NCBI GenBank assembly: GCA_965242865.1 | Contig: CBDETK010000013.1 | Span: 4,288,001-4,352,000, forward strand | Origin: Candidatus Latescibacterota bacterium | Lineage (GTDB): Bacteria; Latescibacterota; UBA2968; UBA8231 | Reading direction: 5' to 3' | Length of the DNA: 64,000 nt | Part shown: one piece after another, positions 18,690 through 28,163 of the stretch | Position numbering within the stretch: the stretch's first letter is position 1 | How the letters are laid out: each line of letters starts with the position of its first letter | Made by a program: the position numbers and the translations under genes | Notes under the pieces: model-generated | What the model was told of the DNA's origin: nothing | The model's input: the letters and a program-made list of their open reading frames with translations, nothing else | Databases searched by the model: none

Positions 18690-20125
18690 AAGCGACAAAG
18701 CAAATAATGGCGACCGGCATCGCGGCCGGGATCGTCGGCTTGGCCGTGGGCTGGGAGTTGGGCGGCTCGGATGCCCCGCACGACCACGCCCCGGCGGCCG
18801 TTGCCGAGCAGGCCGAAACGTGGACCTGCTCAATGCACCCGCAGATCCGCCGGTCCGGGCCGGATCAGTGTCCAATCTGCGGGATGGACCTAATCCCAGT
18901 GACCGCGCCCGAGGAGGGCGACTCCTTGGCCCCGCGCCAGTTGCGCCTCTCGCTGGCCGCCCAGCAGTTGGCCAGCATCCAGACCGCGCCGGTCGAGCGT
19001 CGTGCCGCGCCGGTTGAGACGCGGATGGTTGGCAAGATCGCGGTCGACGAGACCCAAGTCCGCTCCATCACCGCGTGGGTCGCGGGCCGGATTGACCGGC
19101 TGTACGTGGACTACACGGGCGTGCGGGTCGAAGCGGGCGACCACATAGCCTATCTCTACAGTCCCGAGTTGTTGACCGCCCAAGAGGAGCTAATCCAAGC
19201 CCTGCGTGCCCGCGCCCGCGTCGCGTCGATTGGGCAGACCGCGCTGGTGGCGGCCGCGCGCGAAAAGCTGCGCTTGCTCGGACTGAAAGCGGAGCAAATC
19301 GAGCGCGTGGAGGACACCGGCCGCGCCTCCGACCAGCTAACGATCTACGCGCCCACCGGCGGCGTGGTCATAGAAAAGCATCTCAGCGAGGGCGCGTACG
19401 TGCAGACCGGGACGCCGATTTACACCATCGCAGACTTGTCGCGGCTGTGGCTAGATCTGCGCGCCTACGAGTCGGACCTGTCTTGGATCCACTACGGTCA
19501 AGCCGTCAAATTTTCGACCCAAGCCTATCCGGGTGAGGTGTTCACCGGCCAAATCTCTTTCATCGATCCCGTGCTGGACGAGCGCACGCGCACGGTGCGC
19601 GTGCGGGTCAACGTGGCGAATGAGCACGGTCGGCTGAAGCCGGGGATGCTGGTGTGGGCCGTGGCCCAAGCCGAGGTGGGGGCCAACGGACGCGCCCTGT
19701 CGCCCGCGCTCGTCGGCAAATGGATCAGCCCGATGCATCCTGAAATCGTCCGCGACCAGCCCGGCACCTGCGACATTTGCGGCATGGATCTAGTGCGCGC
19801 CGAAGAACTGGGCTATGGCACCGGCGACGAGGCGGGGCGCGAGCGACCGCTCGTGGTGCCGGCTTCGGCACCGCTGCTGACGGGCAAACGCGCCGTGGTG
19901 TACGTCGCGCTCGGCGAGGGCCTGTACGAGGGCCGCGAGGTCGTGCTCGGGCCGCGCGCCGGGGATTACTACTTGGTGCGCGAGGGCTTGCGCGAGGGCG
20001 AGCAAGTCGTAGTCAACGGCGCGTTCAAGATCGACAGTGCCCTCCAGATCCGCGCCCAGCCCAGTGCAATGTATCCAGCCGGCAGCGCGTCCTCCGCGCC
20101 CGAGCACCACCACGGAGGCCACTGA
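18686..20125 (+). CDS. cusB: CusB-like periplasmic adaptor with heavy-metal-binding domains
   Basis: WTCSMHPQI..CPICGMDL and WISPMHPEI..CDICGMDL; YSPELLTAQEE; LKPGM; His-rich tail. Confidence 0.9.
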   Translation: MKATKQIMATGIAAGIVGLAVGWELGGSDAPHDHAPAAVAEQAETWTCSMHPQIRRSGPDQCPICGMDLIPVTAPEEGDSLAPRQLRLSLAAQQLASIQTAPVERRAAPVETRMVGKIAVDETQVRSITAWVAGRIDRLYVDYTGVRVEAGDHIAYLYSPELLTAQEELIQALRARARVASIGQTALVAAAREKLRLLGLKAEQIERVEDTGRASDQLTIYAPTGGVVIEKHLSEGAYVQTGTPIYTIADLSRLWLDLRAYESDLSWIHYGQAVKFSTQAYPGEVFTGQISFIDPVLDERTRTVRVRVNVANEHGRLKPGMLVWAVAQAEVGANGRALSPALVGKWISPMHPEIVRDQPGTCDICGMDLVRAEELGYGTGDEAGRERPLVVPASAPLLTGKRAVVYVALGEGLYEGREVVLGPRAGDYYLVREGLREGEQVVVNGAFKIDSALQIRAQPSAMYPAGSASSAPEHHHGGH

Positions 20126-23100
20126 TGGAAGGGCAAAGCTCGCTACTCGACCGCGTGGTGCGCTTCTTTCTCACGCGCAAGTTGGTCGCCGCGATCATGC
20201 TGGTCGGCCTCGTGGCTTGGGGCCTTGCGGTCGCCCCCTTTGCTTGGGAACTGGCATGGCTGCCGCGCGACCCCGTGCCCGTAGATGCGATTCCAGACAT
20301 CGGCGAGAACCAACAGATCGTCTTCAGCGAGTGGCCGGGTCGCTCGCCGCAAGACGTGGAAGATCAGGTGACCTACCCGCTGACCACGGCGCTTTTGGGC
20401 GTCCCGGGCGTCGAGACGATCCGCAGCTTCTCGATGTTTGGCTTTTCGAGCATCTATGTGATTTTTGCCGAAGAGGTCGATTTTTATTGGTCGCGTTCCC
20501 GCATCCTCGAAAAACTCAACAGCCTGTCGGCCGGCCTCCTGCCCGAGGGCGTCCAGCCGGCCTTGGGGCCGGACGCAACGGCCTTGGGGCAGGTATTCTG
20601 GTACACCCTAGAGGGCCGCGACGAACAGGGTGCGCCCACCGGCGGCTGGGATTTGCACGAGCTGCGCCGCATTCAGGACTGGCAGGTGCGCTACGCCCTG
20701 TTGGCGGCCGAGGGGGTCAGCGAGGTGGCGTCTGTGGGCGGCTTCGTGCAGGAATACCAAATCGACGTCAATCCAGACGCATTGCGCGCTTATGGGGTGC
20801 AGCTCGACGAGGTCTTTCACGCGGTGCGCATGTCCAACCGGGATGTGGGGGCGCGCACGGTGGAACTGAATCGAGCCGAGTACGTCATCCGCGGCATCGG
20901 CTTTGTCAAAGGATTAGCCGATCTCGAAAACGCCGTCATTAAAGCGCGGAACAACGTCCCGATTTACGTCAAAAACGTCGCGCAGGTCGCGCTGGGGCCG
21001 GCGCTGCGGCGCGGCGCGTTGGACAAGGAAGGCGCGGAGGTGGTCGGCGGCGTGGTGGTGGCGCGCTTCGGCGCCAATCCGCTCGCGGCCATTGAAAGCG
21101 TCAAAGCCAAGATCGCAGAAATCGCCCCGAGCCTGCCCGCGAAAACCCTGCCCGACGGGCGGGTCAGCCAAGTGCAGGTGATCCCCTTTTACGATCGCGC
21201 CGGCTTGATCGAGGAGACGCTGGGCACGCTGGAACGCGCCCTGACCGAGGAGGTGCTGGTCACGGTGATCGTGGTGCTGGCCTTGGTGATGAACCTGCGC
21301 GGGGCCGTGCTGGTCTCCGGCCTGTTGCCGCTGGCCGTGCTCGCCTGCTTCGCCGCCATGAAGGTCTTTGGCATAGAAGCCAATATCGTCGCCCTGTCCG
21401 GCATTGCCATTGCCATCGGCACCATGGTCGACATGGGTATCGTCATCAGCGAGAACATCCTCAAGCACTTAGAGGATGCCGACGCCGAGGACGACCGCTT
21501 GGAAGTAGTCTTTCGCGCCACGCGCGAGGTCGGCGGGGCCGTGCTGACGGCCGTGCTCACCACGGTCGTAGGCTTTTTGCCGGTCTTCGCGATGGAAGGG
21601 GCCGAGGGCAAGCTCTTCGCGCCGCTGGCCTTTACCAAGACCTTTGCGCTGTTGGCCGCGGTGTGGCTGTCGCTGACGGCGTTGCCGGCCTTGGCGCACT
21701 GCGCGTTTGCCGTGCGCTTGCGGCGTTGGGCCCCGGGTCTTTGGGCCATCTGTGGCCTCGGGGTGGTCGTAACCCTGTCGGCGTGGGTCGGCCTGCTGCT
21801 AATCGCGATTGGGACGTATCACCTACTCGCCGCCCGCGTACCAGAGCGGGTGCGCTGGTGGGTGGCGCGAGGTGCTATCGCGGCTGCGGCCGGCGGGGTC
21901 GTCGCGGTGTTGGCCGAACACTGGTTGCCCCTAGGCCCGGAAAAGGGCGGCTGGCGCAATGTGCTCTTCGCCGCTGGATTGATCGGCGGCCTGTTGGCGT
22001 TTTTTCGCGTCTTACAAGGCGCGTTCCCCCGCGTGCTGCGGTGGTGCTTGGACCACAAGGGCTTGGCCCTGCTGTTCCCCGCGTTGCTGTTGCTGGCCGG
22101 GGCGTCCGCGTGGCTGGGGTTTGCCCGCGTCTTTGGCTTTATGCCGCCCTCCCTGCACAATACGACGCCTTTTGCGGCCCTCGCCGAGGCCCTGCCCGGG
22201 CTGGGCAAAGAGTTTATGCCTCCTCTCGACGAAGGGTCTTTCCTGTGGATGCCGACGACCATGCCCCACGCCTCCATCGGCGAGGTGCTCGACGTCCTGC
22301 AAAAGCAAAACGCGGCCATTGCGCAGATTCCCGAAGTGGAGTCGGCCGTGGGCAAGCTCGGCCGGGCGGAGACCCCGCTGGACCCCGCGCCGATTTCCAT
22401 GATTGAGACCATCGTCAACTACCGCGCGGAATACCTCACCGACGAGGCCGGTCGCCGCGCACTATTCGCTTTTGACGAGCGCGTCCCGGACCTGTTTCGC
22501 GCCCCCGATGGCACGCCCGCGCCCGCCCCGGATGGTGCGCCCTACACGGTGCCGGGCCGCTTTCTGCGCGACGAGGCCGACCGCCTCGTGCCCAGCGCAG
22601 ATGGGCGGCCTTTCCGCTTGTGGCGTCCGCCCTTGGACCCCGCGCTCAATCCGGGCCGGGCGGCTTGGCCGGGGATCCAAAGCCCGGACGATATATGGGC
22701 GGCGATCGCCCGGGCCGGCCAGATTCCCGGCTCTACTTCGGCGCCGAAGTTGCAGCCGATTGCCGCGCGGCTCGTCATGTTGCAGAGCGGGATGCGTGCG
22801 CCCATGGGCCTTGAGATCAAAGGCCCTAGCTTGGCGGCCATTGAGCGCGCCGGCTTGGCGCTGGAGCGCTTGCTCAAGGAAGTGCCCGGGGTCGAGGCCG
22901 CGACCGTGAACGCCGACCGCATCATCGGCAAGCCCTACTTGGAGATTCACATCAACCGCGAGGCCATTGCTCGCCACGGCATCCCCCTGCAAAAGGTGCA
23001 GGACGTAATTGAGATCGCCATCGGGGGCAAGCTGGTCACCACCACGGTGGAAGGCCGCGAGCGCTATCCCGTGCGAGTGCGCTACCTGCGCGAATTGCGC

Positions 23101-23985
23101 GACAGCGTCGAGGAGCTGGTGCGGATTCTGGTGCCCGCGCCGGACGGGGCGCAGATTCCCTTGGGCGAGCTGGCCGAGATTCGCTATGTGCGCGGCCCCC
23201 AAGTCATCAAGAGCGAGGACACGTTTTTGCTAGGCTATGTGCTCTTCGACAAGAAGCCGGGGTACGCCGAAGTCGAGGTGGTGGAAGCGTGTCGAGCGCA
23301 TTTGGCCAGCAAACGGGCCAGCGGCGATCTCGTGCTGGAGACCGGCGTCAGCTATACCTTCGCCGGTAGCTACGAAAACCAGTTGCGGGCGCAGAAGAAG
23401 CTCAACGTGCTGCTGCCGCTCGCGCTGGCGACGATCTTCCTCATCCTCTATTTCCAGTTTGGCAACGCGGCCACGGCGCTGATGGTCTTTTCCGGGGTTG
23501 CGGTGGCTTGGGCTGGCGGCTTTGCCATGTTGTGGCTCTACGGGCAGGAATGGTTTTTGGATTGCTCGGTCTTTGGCACGGAGCTGCGCGCCCTCTTCCA
23601 CGTCCGTCCCTTGAACTTGAGCGTGGCCGTGTGGGTGGGTTTTCTCGCGTTGTTTGGCATTGCCTCGGACAACGGCGTGATCGCGGCGACCTATCTGGGC
23701 CAAGTCTTCCGTACGCAAAAGCCAGCGACTGTCGAGGCGATTCGCCGCGCCGCGCTCGCCGCTGGGGTGCGGCGAATCCGCCCCTGTCTGATGACGGCAG
23801 CCACCACGATCTTGGCGCTGATCCCCGTGCTGACGGCGAGTGGACGCGGCGCAGACCTCATGCTGCCGATGGCCATTCCCACCTTCGGCGGCATGATTGC
23901 GGTGGTGCTGACCGCGCCGATTGTGCCGGTGCTCTACTGCGCGGTCGAGGAGTGGAAGCTGCGTTTTAGGCGAGCTCGCGGGTGA
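20125..23985 (+). CDS. cusA: CusA/CzcA-family Cu/Ag RND efflux transporter
   Basis: VDAIPDIGENQQIV, VEDQVTYPL, GIAIAIGTMVD, EFMPPLDEG, GFLALFGIA, RIRPCLMT; ATG at 20125 overlaps the cusB stop. Confidence 0.94.
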   Translation: MEGQSSLLDRVVRFFLTRKLVAAIMLVGLVAWGLAVAPFAWELAWLPRDPVPVDAIPDIGENQQIVFSEWPGRSPQDVEDQVTYPLTTALLGVPGVETIRSFSMFGFSSIYVIFAEEVDFYWSRSRILEKLNSLSAGLLPEGVQPALGPDATALGQVFWYTLEGRDEQGAPTGGWDLHELRRIQDWQVRYALLAAEGVSEVASVGGFVQEYQIDVNPDALRAYGVQLDEVFHAVRMSNRDVGARTVELNRAEYVIRGIGFVKGLADLENAVIKARNNVPIYVKNVAQVALGPALRRGALDKEGAEVVGGVVVARFGANPLAAIESVKAKIAEIAPSLPAKTLPDGRVSQVQVIPFYDRAGLIEETLGTLERALTEEVLVTVIVVLALVMNLRGAVLVSGLLPLAVLACFAAMKVFGIEANIVALSGIAIAIGTMVDMGIVISENILKHLEDADAEDDRLEVVFRATREVGGAVLTAVLTTVVGFLPVFAMEGAEGKLFAPLAFTKTFALLAAVWLSLTALPALAHCAFAVRLRRWAPGLWAICGLGVVVTLSAWVGLLLIAIGTYHLLAARVPERVRWWVARGAIAAAAGGVVAVLAEHWLPLGPEKGGWRNVLFAAGLIGGLLAFFRVLQGAFPRVLRWCLDHKGLALLFPALLLLAGASAWLGFARVFGFMPPSLHNTTPFAALAEALPGLGKEFMPPLDEGSFLWMPTTMPHASIGEVLDVLQKQNAAIAQIPEVESAVGKLGRAETPLDPAPISMIETIVNYRAEYLTDEAGRRALFAFDERVPDLFRAPDGTPAPAPDGAPYTVPGRFLRDEADRLVPSADGRPFRLWRPPLDPALNPGRAAWPGIQSPDDIWAAIARAGQIPGSTSAPKLQPIAARLVMLQSGMRAPMGLEIKGPSLAAIERAGLALERLLKEVPGVEAATVNADRIIGKPYLEIHINREAIARHGIPLQKVQDVIEIAIGGKLVTTTVEGRERYPVRVRYLRELRDSVEELVRILVPAPDGAQIPLGELAEIRYVRGPQVIKSEDTFLLGYVLFDKKPGYAEVEVVEACRAHLASKRASGDLVLETGVSYTFAGSYENQLRAQKKLNVLLPLALATIFLILYFQFGNAATALMVFSGVAVAWAGGFAMLWLYGQEWFLDCSVFGTELRALFHVRPLNLSVAVWVGFLALFGIASDNGVIAATYLGQVFRTQKPATVEAIRRAALAAGVRRIRPCLMTAATTILALIPVLTASGRGADLMLPMAIPTFGGMIAVVLTAPIVPVLYCAVEEWKLRFRRARG

Positions 23986-24289
23986 GAGGGACAGTTTTCG
24001 TTGGTAAGGGTGTTAGATATGTAGTAGCGGCACGAAGGCAGAGCCGCAGGAGAACGGAGGAAGGCCAGTGTCCGGCGCGATCCTGATTTATGAGACTGCC
24101 TTGGCTAAAAAAATCGTTAGGGGTTGACAGGGATCACAGGGTAGAGGAGGTTTTAATCAGATGAGAACCTCGTTGCTTTGATGCCTTTTGCATCTCTTCC
24201 GTTCTTGACAGTCCTTCGGTCGGGAATCCGACGGGTTCGCAATTTGGGTTTTACCCAGATTGTCCACAGGATATAGCTTGGAGTGTAGC

Positions 24290-26050
24290 ATGGGCAAAGC
24301 TGAAAATGGCCGGAACGGTCTCGTATTTCCTTCAAAAGACGACTCTTACTCAGAAGAACTGAAACAGCACCTTCAAGATGCTGGTTTCTGCGAGGCGGAT
24401 CAGAGGTGGCTAGTACAAGTCTTTGAACGTCCCGACTGTTTTGGCGACTCTGATTCTAATAGTGCCTCTATCTTCAAAGATGGTTTTGAGGACAGTTTTG
24501 AATATGTCCTGCCCAACATCTTGAAAGGCTTAAAAGGAGAAGGACAAGTTCAGATTGAGAAAGAGAAAGATCGTCAAACCCGCTTGGCATTTCTTTTTAG
24601 TGCTATGCTTGGCTTTGGACCTGGGTATTTAGGTGAGACGATTCAGCCCAATGCTAAGCCTGTGGGATCGGACGGCGTCTGGGATGTTCCGCAATGGGCT
24701 GACGAGTTTCAAAGGCAGGCAAAATTTTGCGCTGAGCGTTTGGATTGGAACAGACTAAAGTCGTCTATTCATAAACTTGATAATTTGCTTCGATTTCTTT
24801 TTCCAAATGGTATGCCTTTAGTAAAGGTCGTTGATCTCAGCCCCTTGGATCCGATTCAACGACGAAGCTGGTCCAGCGATGATTTTGAAGATCCCAAACA
24901 GCTCGAATTCTGGTTGATCCAGCGATTTCGTTCAGGCACAGACCATAGCAGCACAATCCGCTTAGATACGTTACTGGAACATTTTTCCGATGTGCCAGAA
25001 GATGTTTTAGGCGGTAAGATTCTCGGACTCTTGAATGCTATTGGTTATGCCTTGAATATGGCCGGTTTAGATTACCTGAGTGACGGATGGCGGGTTGTTG
25101 CACGCGAGTTAATTCCATTCTTGGAACTTTTGGACGAGAAAGAACCAGAGTCGAAACAGGAACGCTCCCCATTGACTAAAGCTTGGTGGCGATTAGCCAA
25201 GATAATTTACAGCGGGAGTATCGGCGGCTTGGAATCTGAACTCTCTCCAGAACTGAGAAATCGGCTCGTCGAAAGTGCCGCTAGGCATATCGGAATGTTG
25301 CGGGCGGTGTTGCGGGATAGCCCAAAAGTATTTGAGGAGGAAAATTCGACCGGAGAAGTGTGCGATTTTTACAGAAAGGCATTTGATGTTTTGCTGAATT
25401 TTGCCGACCCGTGGAAACGCCTGAAGCCTTTATTGCTAGCGTTTACGGAGATGAATGTGCCGGCCGTTACATCCGATCTTCGCCCTTGGGGCGAACTTGG
25501 AAGAGAGGCCCCTCCTCATCCGTATAGTAAAATACCTCTGTGGATCGAAATCGCCATGTATCCTCAGAACCTGCGGGCAGAACTGGACCGAGATCCGCAC
25601 TTGCAGGATTTGCGTGAAGAGCTCGCCAAGTTTTGCCTTGGATGGCTCAAAACCCAAAAAAACGACACAAATGCCAATCGTGAAGAGCTTGTAGAACCTC
25701 GGCCTATATGGCGGCAGTGCTACGTACAGGCATTGACGGTTCTGCGCGTTAATCCCGGCGGGAGGGCTCATAGAACGTTGTTTTGGCTCTCTAAAAATGA
25801 TCCCGATGAAGAGTGCCGAAAATTGGCTAAAAGGGCACATAGACAGATTCGGCATATAGACCGGAGAAAACCGAATTTAGAGCGTGGTGCATCGCCTCGT
25901 CGTCCCCTATTTGAGGCGTTTTGGTGGCTTCGCCAAGCTCACCTTTTGACTCTTGGAAAAGAAATTGATGAGGCTGGTGCTATGCGAACACGTCGAAAAG
26001 AACTGCATCGAACAAGAGAGAAAGAGGATCGTCTCAATTGGAAAGTATAG
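24290..26050 (+). CDS. Hypothetical alpha-helical protein (586 aa) with HEAT-like C-terminal segment
   Basis: Long ORF in a lower-GC tract, RBS GGAG; LFWLSKNDPDEECRKLAKRA resembles a HEAT repeat; no family recognised. Confidence 0.7.
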   Translation: MGKAENGRNGLVFPSKDDSYSEELKQHLQDAGFCEADQRWLVQVFERPDCFGDSDSNSASIFKDGFEDSFEYVLPNILKGLKGEGQVQIEKEKDRQTRLAFLFSAMLGFGPGYLGETIQPNAKPVGSDGVWDVPQWADEFQRQAKFCAERLDWNRLKSSIHKLDNLLRFLFPNGMPLVKVVDLSPLDPIQRRSWSSDDFEDPKQLEFWLIQRFRSGTDHSSTIRLDTLLEHFSDVPEDVLGGKILGLLNAIGYALNMAGLDYLSDGWRVVARELIPFLELLDEKEPESKQERSPLTKAWWRLAKIIYSGSIGGLESELSPELRNRLVESAARHIGMLRAVLRDSPKVFEEENSTGEVCDFYRKAFDVLLNFADPWKRLKPLLLAFTEMNVPAVTSDLRPWGELGREAPPHPYSKIPLWIEIAMYPQNLRAELDRDPHLQDLREELAKFCLGWLKTQKNDTNANREELVEPRPIWRQCYVQALTVLRVNPGGRAHRTLFWLSKNDPDEECRKLAKRAHRQIRHIDRRKPNLERGASPRRPLFEAFWWLRQAHLLTLGKEIDEAGAMRTRRKELHRTREKEDRLNWKV

Positions 26051-26096
26051 TGTTCCCGTGAGACGATGAATTCCCACGAGAAAGGAGGTGATCGAG

Positions 26097-26267
26097 ATGG
26101 CTAAATCCCATAGCGGAGGCGGTAAAGCTGGTGCTGACAATCGCGCCAATCAGTTGAACCCCAATAACGATGTTTATTGGCAAGAGCGAGGCCACAAGCA
26201 GAGGCCCGATGATTGGGAATCGCGTAAAAGTCAAGGCCAGCAGAACCCCAAAGACAAGGGCAAGTGA
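26097..26267 (+). CDS. Small 56-aa protein with DNRANQLNPNN..YWQ.RG...RPDDW motif (not in ORF track)
   Basis: Strong RBS AAAGGAGGTG 6 nt before ATG; MAKSHSGGGKAGADNRANQLNPNNDVYWQERGHKQRPDDWESRKSQGQQNPKDKGK; followed by a hairpin. Confidence 0.8.
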   Translation: MAKSHSGGGKAGADNRANQLNPNNDVYWQERGHKQRPDDWESRKSQGQQNPKDKGK

Positions 26268-26274
26268 TTGAGTA

Positions 26275-26317
26275 GTAGGGGGTGACCGCTGTATTTCTTT
26301 TAATGGTCGCCCCCTAC
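26275..26317. terminator. GTAG-bounded hairpin (REP-like or terminator)
   Basis: GTAGGGGGTGACC / GGTCGCCCCCTAC 13-bp stem with one G-U pair and a 17-nt loop. Confidence 0.55.
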
Positions 26318-26474
26318 CAATCCGCCTCATACTTGTTTTTCTCGATGCGTCGCACTTCGCGGCTCAATAGTCGCATTCTGATCCTTTTAGGATCGTGCTA
26401 TGACGCGCTTTTCAAGACACTAGCAGGGCGATATAGGATCGTCCCTGTGAGATCAATTGTGAAAAGGAGAAGTC

Positions 26475-28031
26475 ATGATCAAGCTACATTTCTTTGGAGG
26501 TGCCAACGAGGTTGGTGCTTCCTGTACGTTAGTCGAGATCGACGGATACCGTATTCTGGTAGATGCAGGCATTCGAATGGGACTTGAGAAAAGTTCAAAG
26601 TACCCTGATTTCGATGCTTTGGACAAACCCGATGCTCTACTGTTGACCCACGCTCATAGCGACCACACGGTTACTCTGCCTGTGCTTGCACAGAAGAACA
26701 GGTTGCCCGAAAAGGTGTACTGTACGCCTGTGACGCGAGAGATTGCATGGGTGCTGTTAGACGATGCTGTGAAACGGGAAGAGCGTGAGTCGCCTGAGCT
26801 ACCTGAGTACACTTTTAACGATGTTCGTGAAGCCTTAAGCCGCATGGAGTTGGTGAAGTGGATGAGACCCGTACCGATATGCGATGGCGTGACAGCTACG
26901 TGGATTCGCGCCGGTCACATTTTGGGCGCGGCAATGATCTATATCCAGGGCAAGCGGGAAAGTATTCTGATGACAGGTGATGTATCGACTGCCGATCAGT
27001 TGACTATTCCCGGCATGGTTATTCCAGAGCAGTGTCGTCCCGATGTGGTAGTGATGGAATCGACTTACGGCAATCGCCGACATAAAAATCGCGCACAACA
27101 AGAAGCTGCGCTTGTACGGGATGTGGCCAAGGTGGTTAAAGCAGGAGGCAAAGTGCTAATCCCAGCGTTTGCCGTGGCCCGTTCTCAGGAGGTCATTCAG
27201 CTCTTGAAACGGAAGCAGATTCCGGTGTACGTTGATGGGATGGTGCAAAAGGTCAATGAGGTATATTCGCGTTTTGTTCGTGATCTCTCGCCGTCCTTGC
27301 AATACAAAGCGAAAGACGGTGAGGATATTTTTTACTCATCTTTCGTGGAGAAGGTGAATCCAAACAAGCGCGATAGCATTTTGTCTGGGTCTCCCTGTTG
27401 TATTGTGGCGTCTTCGGGGATGCTGAACGGTGGTATGTCGAATTATTACGCCAAGCGTTTAGCTGGTGATCCGAAGAATCTGATCGCAATTACGGGTTAT
27501 CAGGCTGAAGGAACTCCTGGCCGCAAGTTGCAGGATGAGCATGTCCTGAATCTTGATGGACAGGAGGTGAGGGTAAAATGCAAAGTGAAGCGATACTCTC
27601 TTTCGGCTCACGCGGATCAGAAAGAACTGACGGAATTGGTCGAGAAACTGAATCCGCACACATGCTTTCTCGTACACGGTGATGACCCCGCGAGGAAGAA
27701 CTTAGCTGAATCCGTGCGAAAAAGGTCTCCGGCTGTGGATGTGCAACTCCCCGAAAATAACGGCGAATATACCTACACTAAACGAGCAGGCATTGCAGAA
27801 GGAAGACGGCTCCGTCTTGACAATCTCTCTGAGGTATATGCCTATCTGATGGCAAGAGGAGCGAAGGGGCCATTTCGCGTGCGAGAATTGGCCGAGATAT
27901 GGTTTGGAACAGAGAGGACGACGCTAAAAAAAGAGAAGCTGTTTGGGTTGCTTTTAGCGTTGGATTGGCAAACGCTTTTTGTACGAGACAGCCAATCACC
28001 CGATCTGTTCCGTTTGAGACGAACTGTTTAA
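26475..28031 (+). CDS. Metallo-beta-lactamase beta-CASP family nuclease (Ysh1/CPSF-73-like)
   Basis: GGANEVGAS, VDAG, THAHSDH, AGHILG, TGD, MESTYG, ASSGML.GG, GYQAEGT, SAHAD, VHGD; C-terminal extension. Confidence 0.92.
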   Translation: MIKLHFFGGANEVGASCTLVEIDGYRILVDAGIRMGLEKSSKYPDFDALDKPDALLLTHAHSDHTVTLPVLAQKNRLPEKVYCTPVTREIAWVLLDDAVKREERESPELPEYTFNDVREALSRMELVKWMRPVPICDGVTATWIRAGHILGAAMIYIQGKRESILMTGDVSTADQLTIPGMVIPEQCRPDVVVMESTYGNRRHKNRAQQEAALVRDVAKVVKAGGKVLIPAFAVARSQEVIQLLKRKQIPVYVDGMVQKVNEVYSRFVRDLSPSLQYKAKDGEDIFYSSFVEKVNPNKRDSILSGSPCCIVASSGMLNGGMSNYYAKRLAGDPKNLIAITGYQAEGTPGRKLQDEHVLNLDGQEVRVKCKVKRYSLSAHADQKELTELVEKLNPHTCFLVHGDDPARKNLAESVRKRSPAVDVQLPENNGEYTYTKRAGIAEGRRLRLDNLSEVYAYLMARGAKGPFRVRELAEIWFGTERTTLKKEKLFGLLLALDWQTLFVRDSQSPDLFRLRRTV

Positions 28032-28049
28032 GCGCAGTTCAGAACCTGA

Positions 28050-28090
28050 AGAAGTGCCCCGGCAAAAGCTGTCGGGGCACTTCTCATTTT
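28050..28090 (+). terminator. Intrinsic terminator
   Basis: AGAAGTGCCCCGGCA / TGTCGGGGCACTTCT stem followed by CATTTT. Confidence 0.75.
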
Positions 28091-28163
28091 ATAGCAGAGA
28101 TAATCTTGCCAGCAATGGGGATTCCAAAAAGATCACCGCGCCGTTTCTACTCCTGTGAATACG

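Noticed and set aside
19777-20124. Long N-terminal extension of CusA
   Set aside because: Off-frame overlap with cusB; a coupled ATG exists at 20125.
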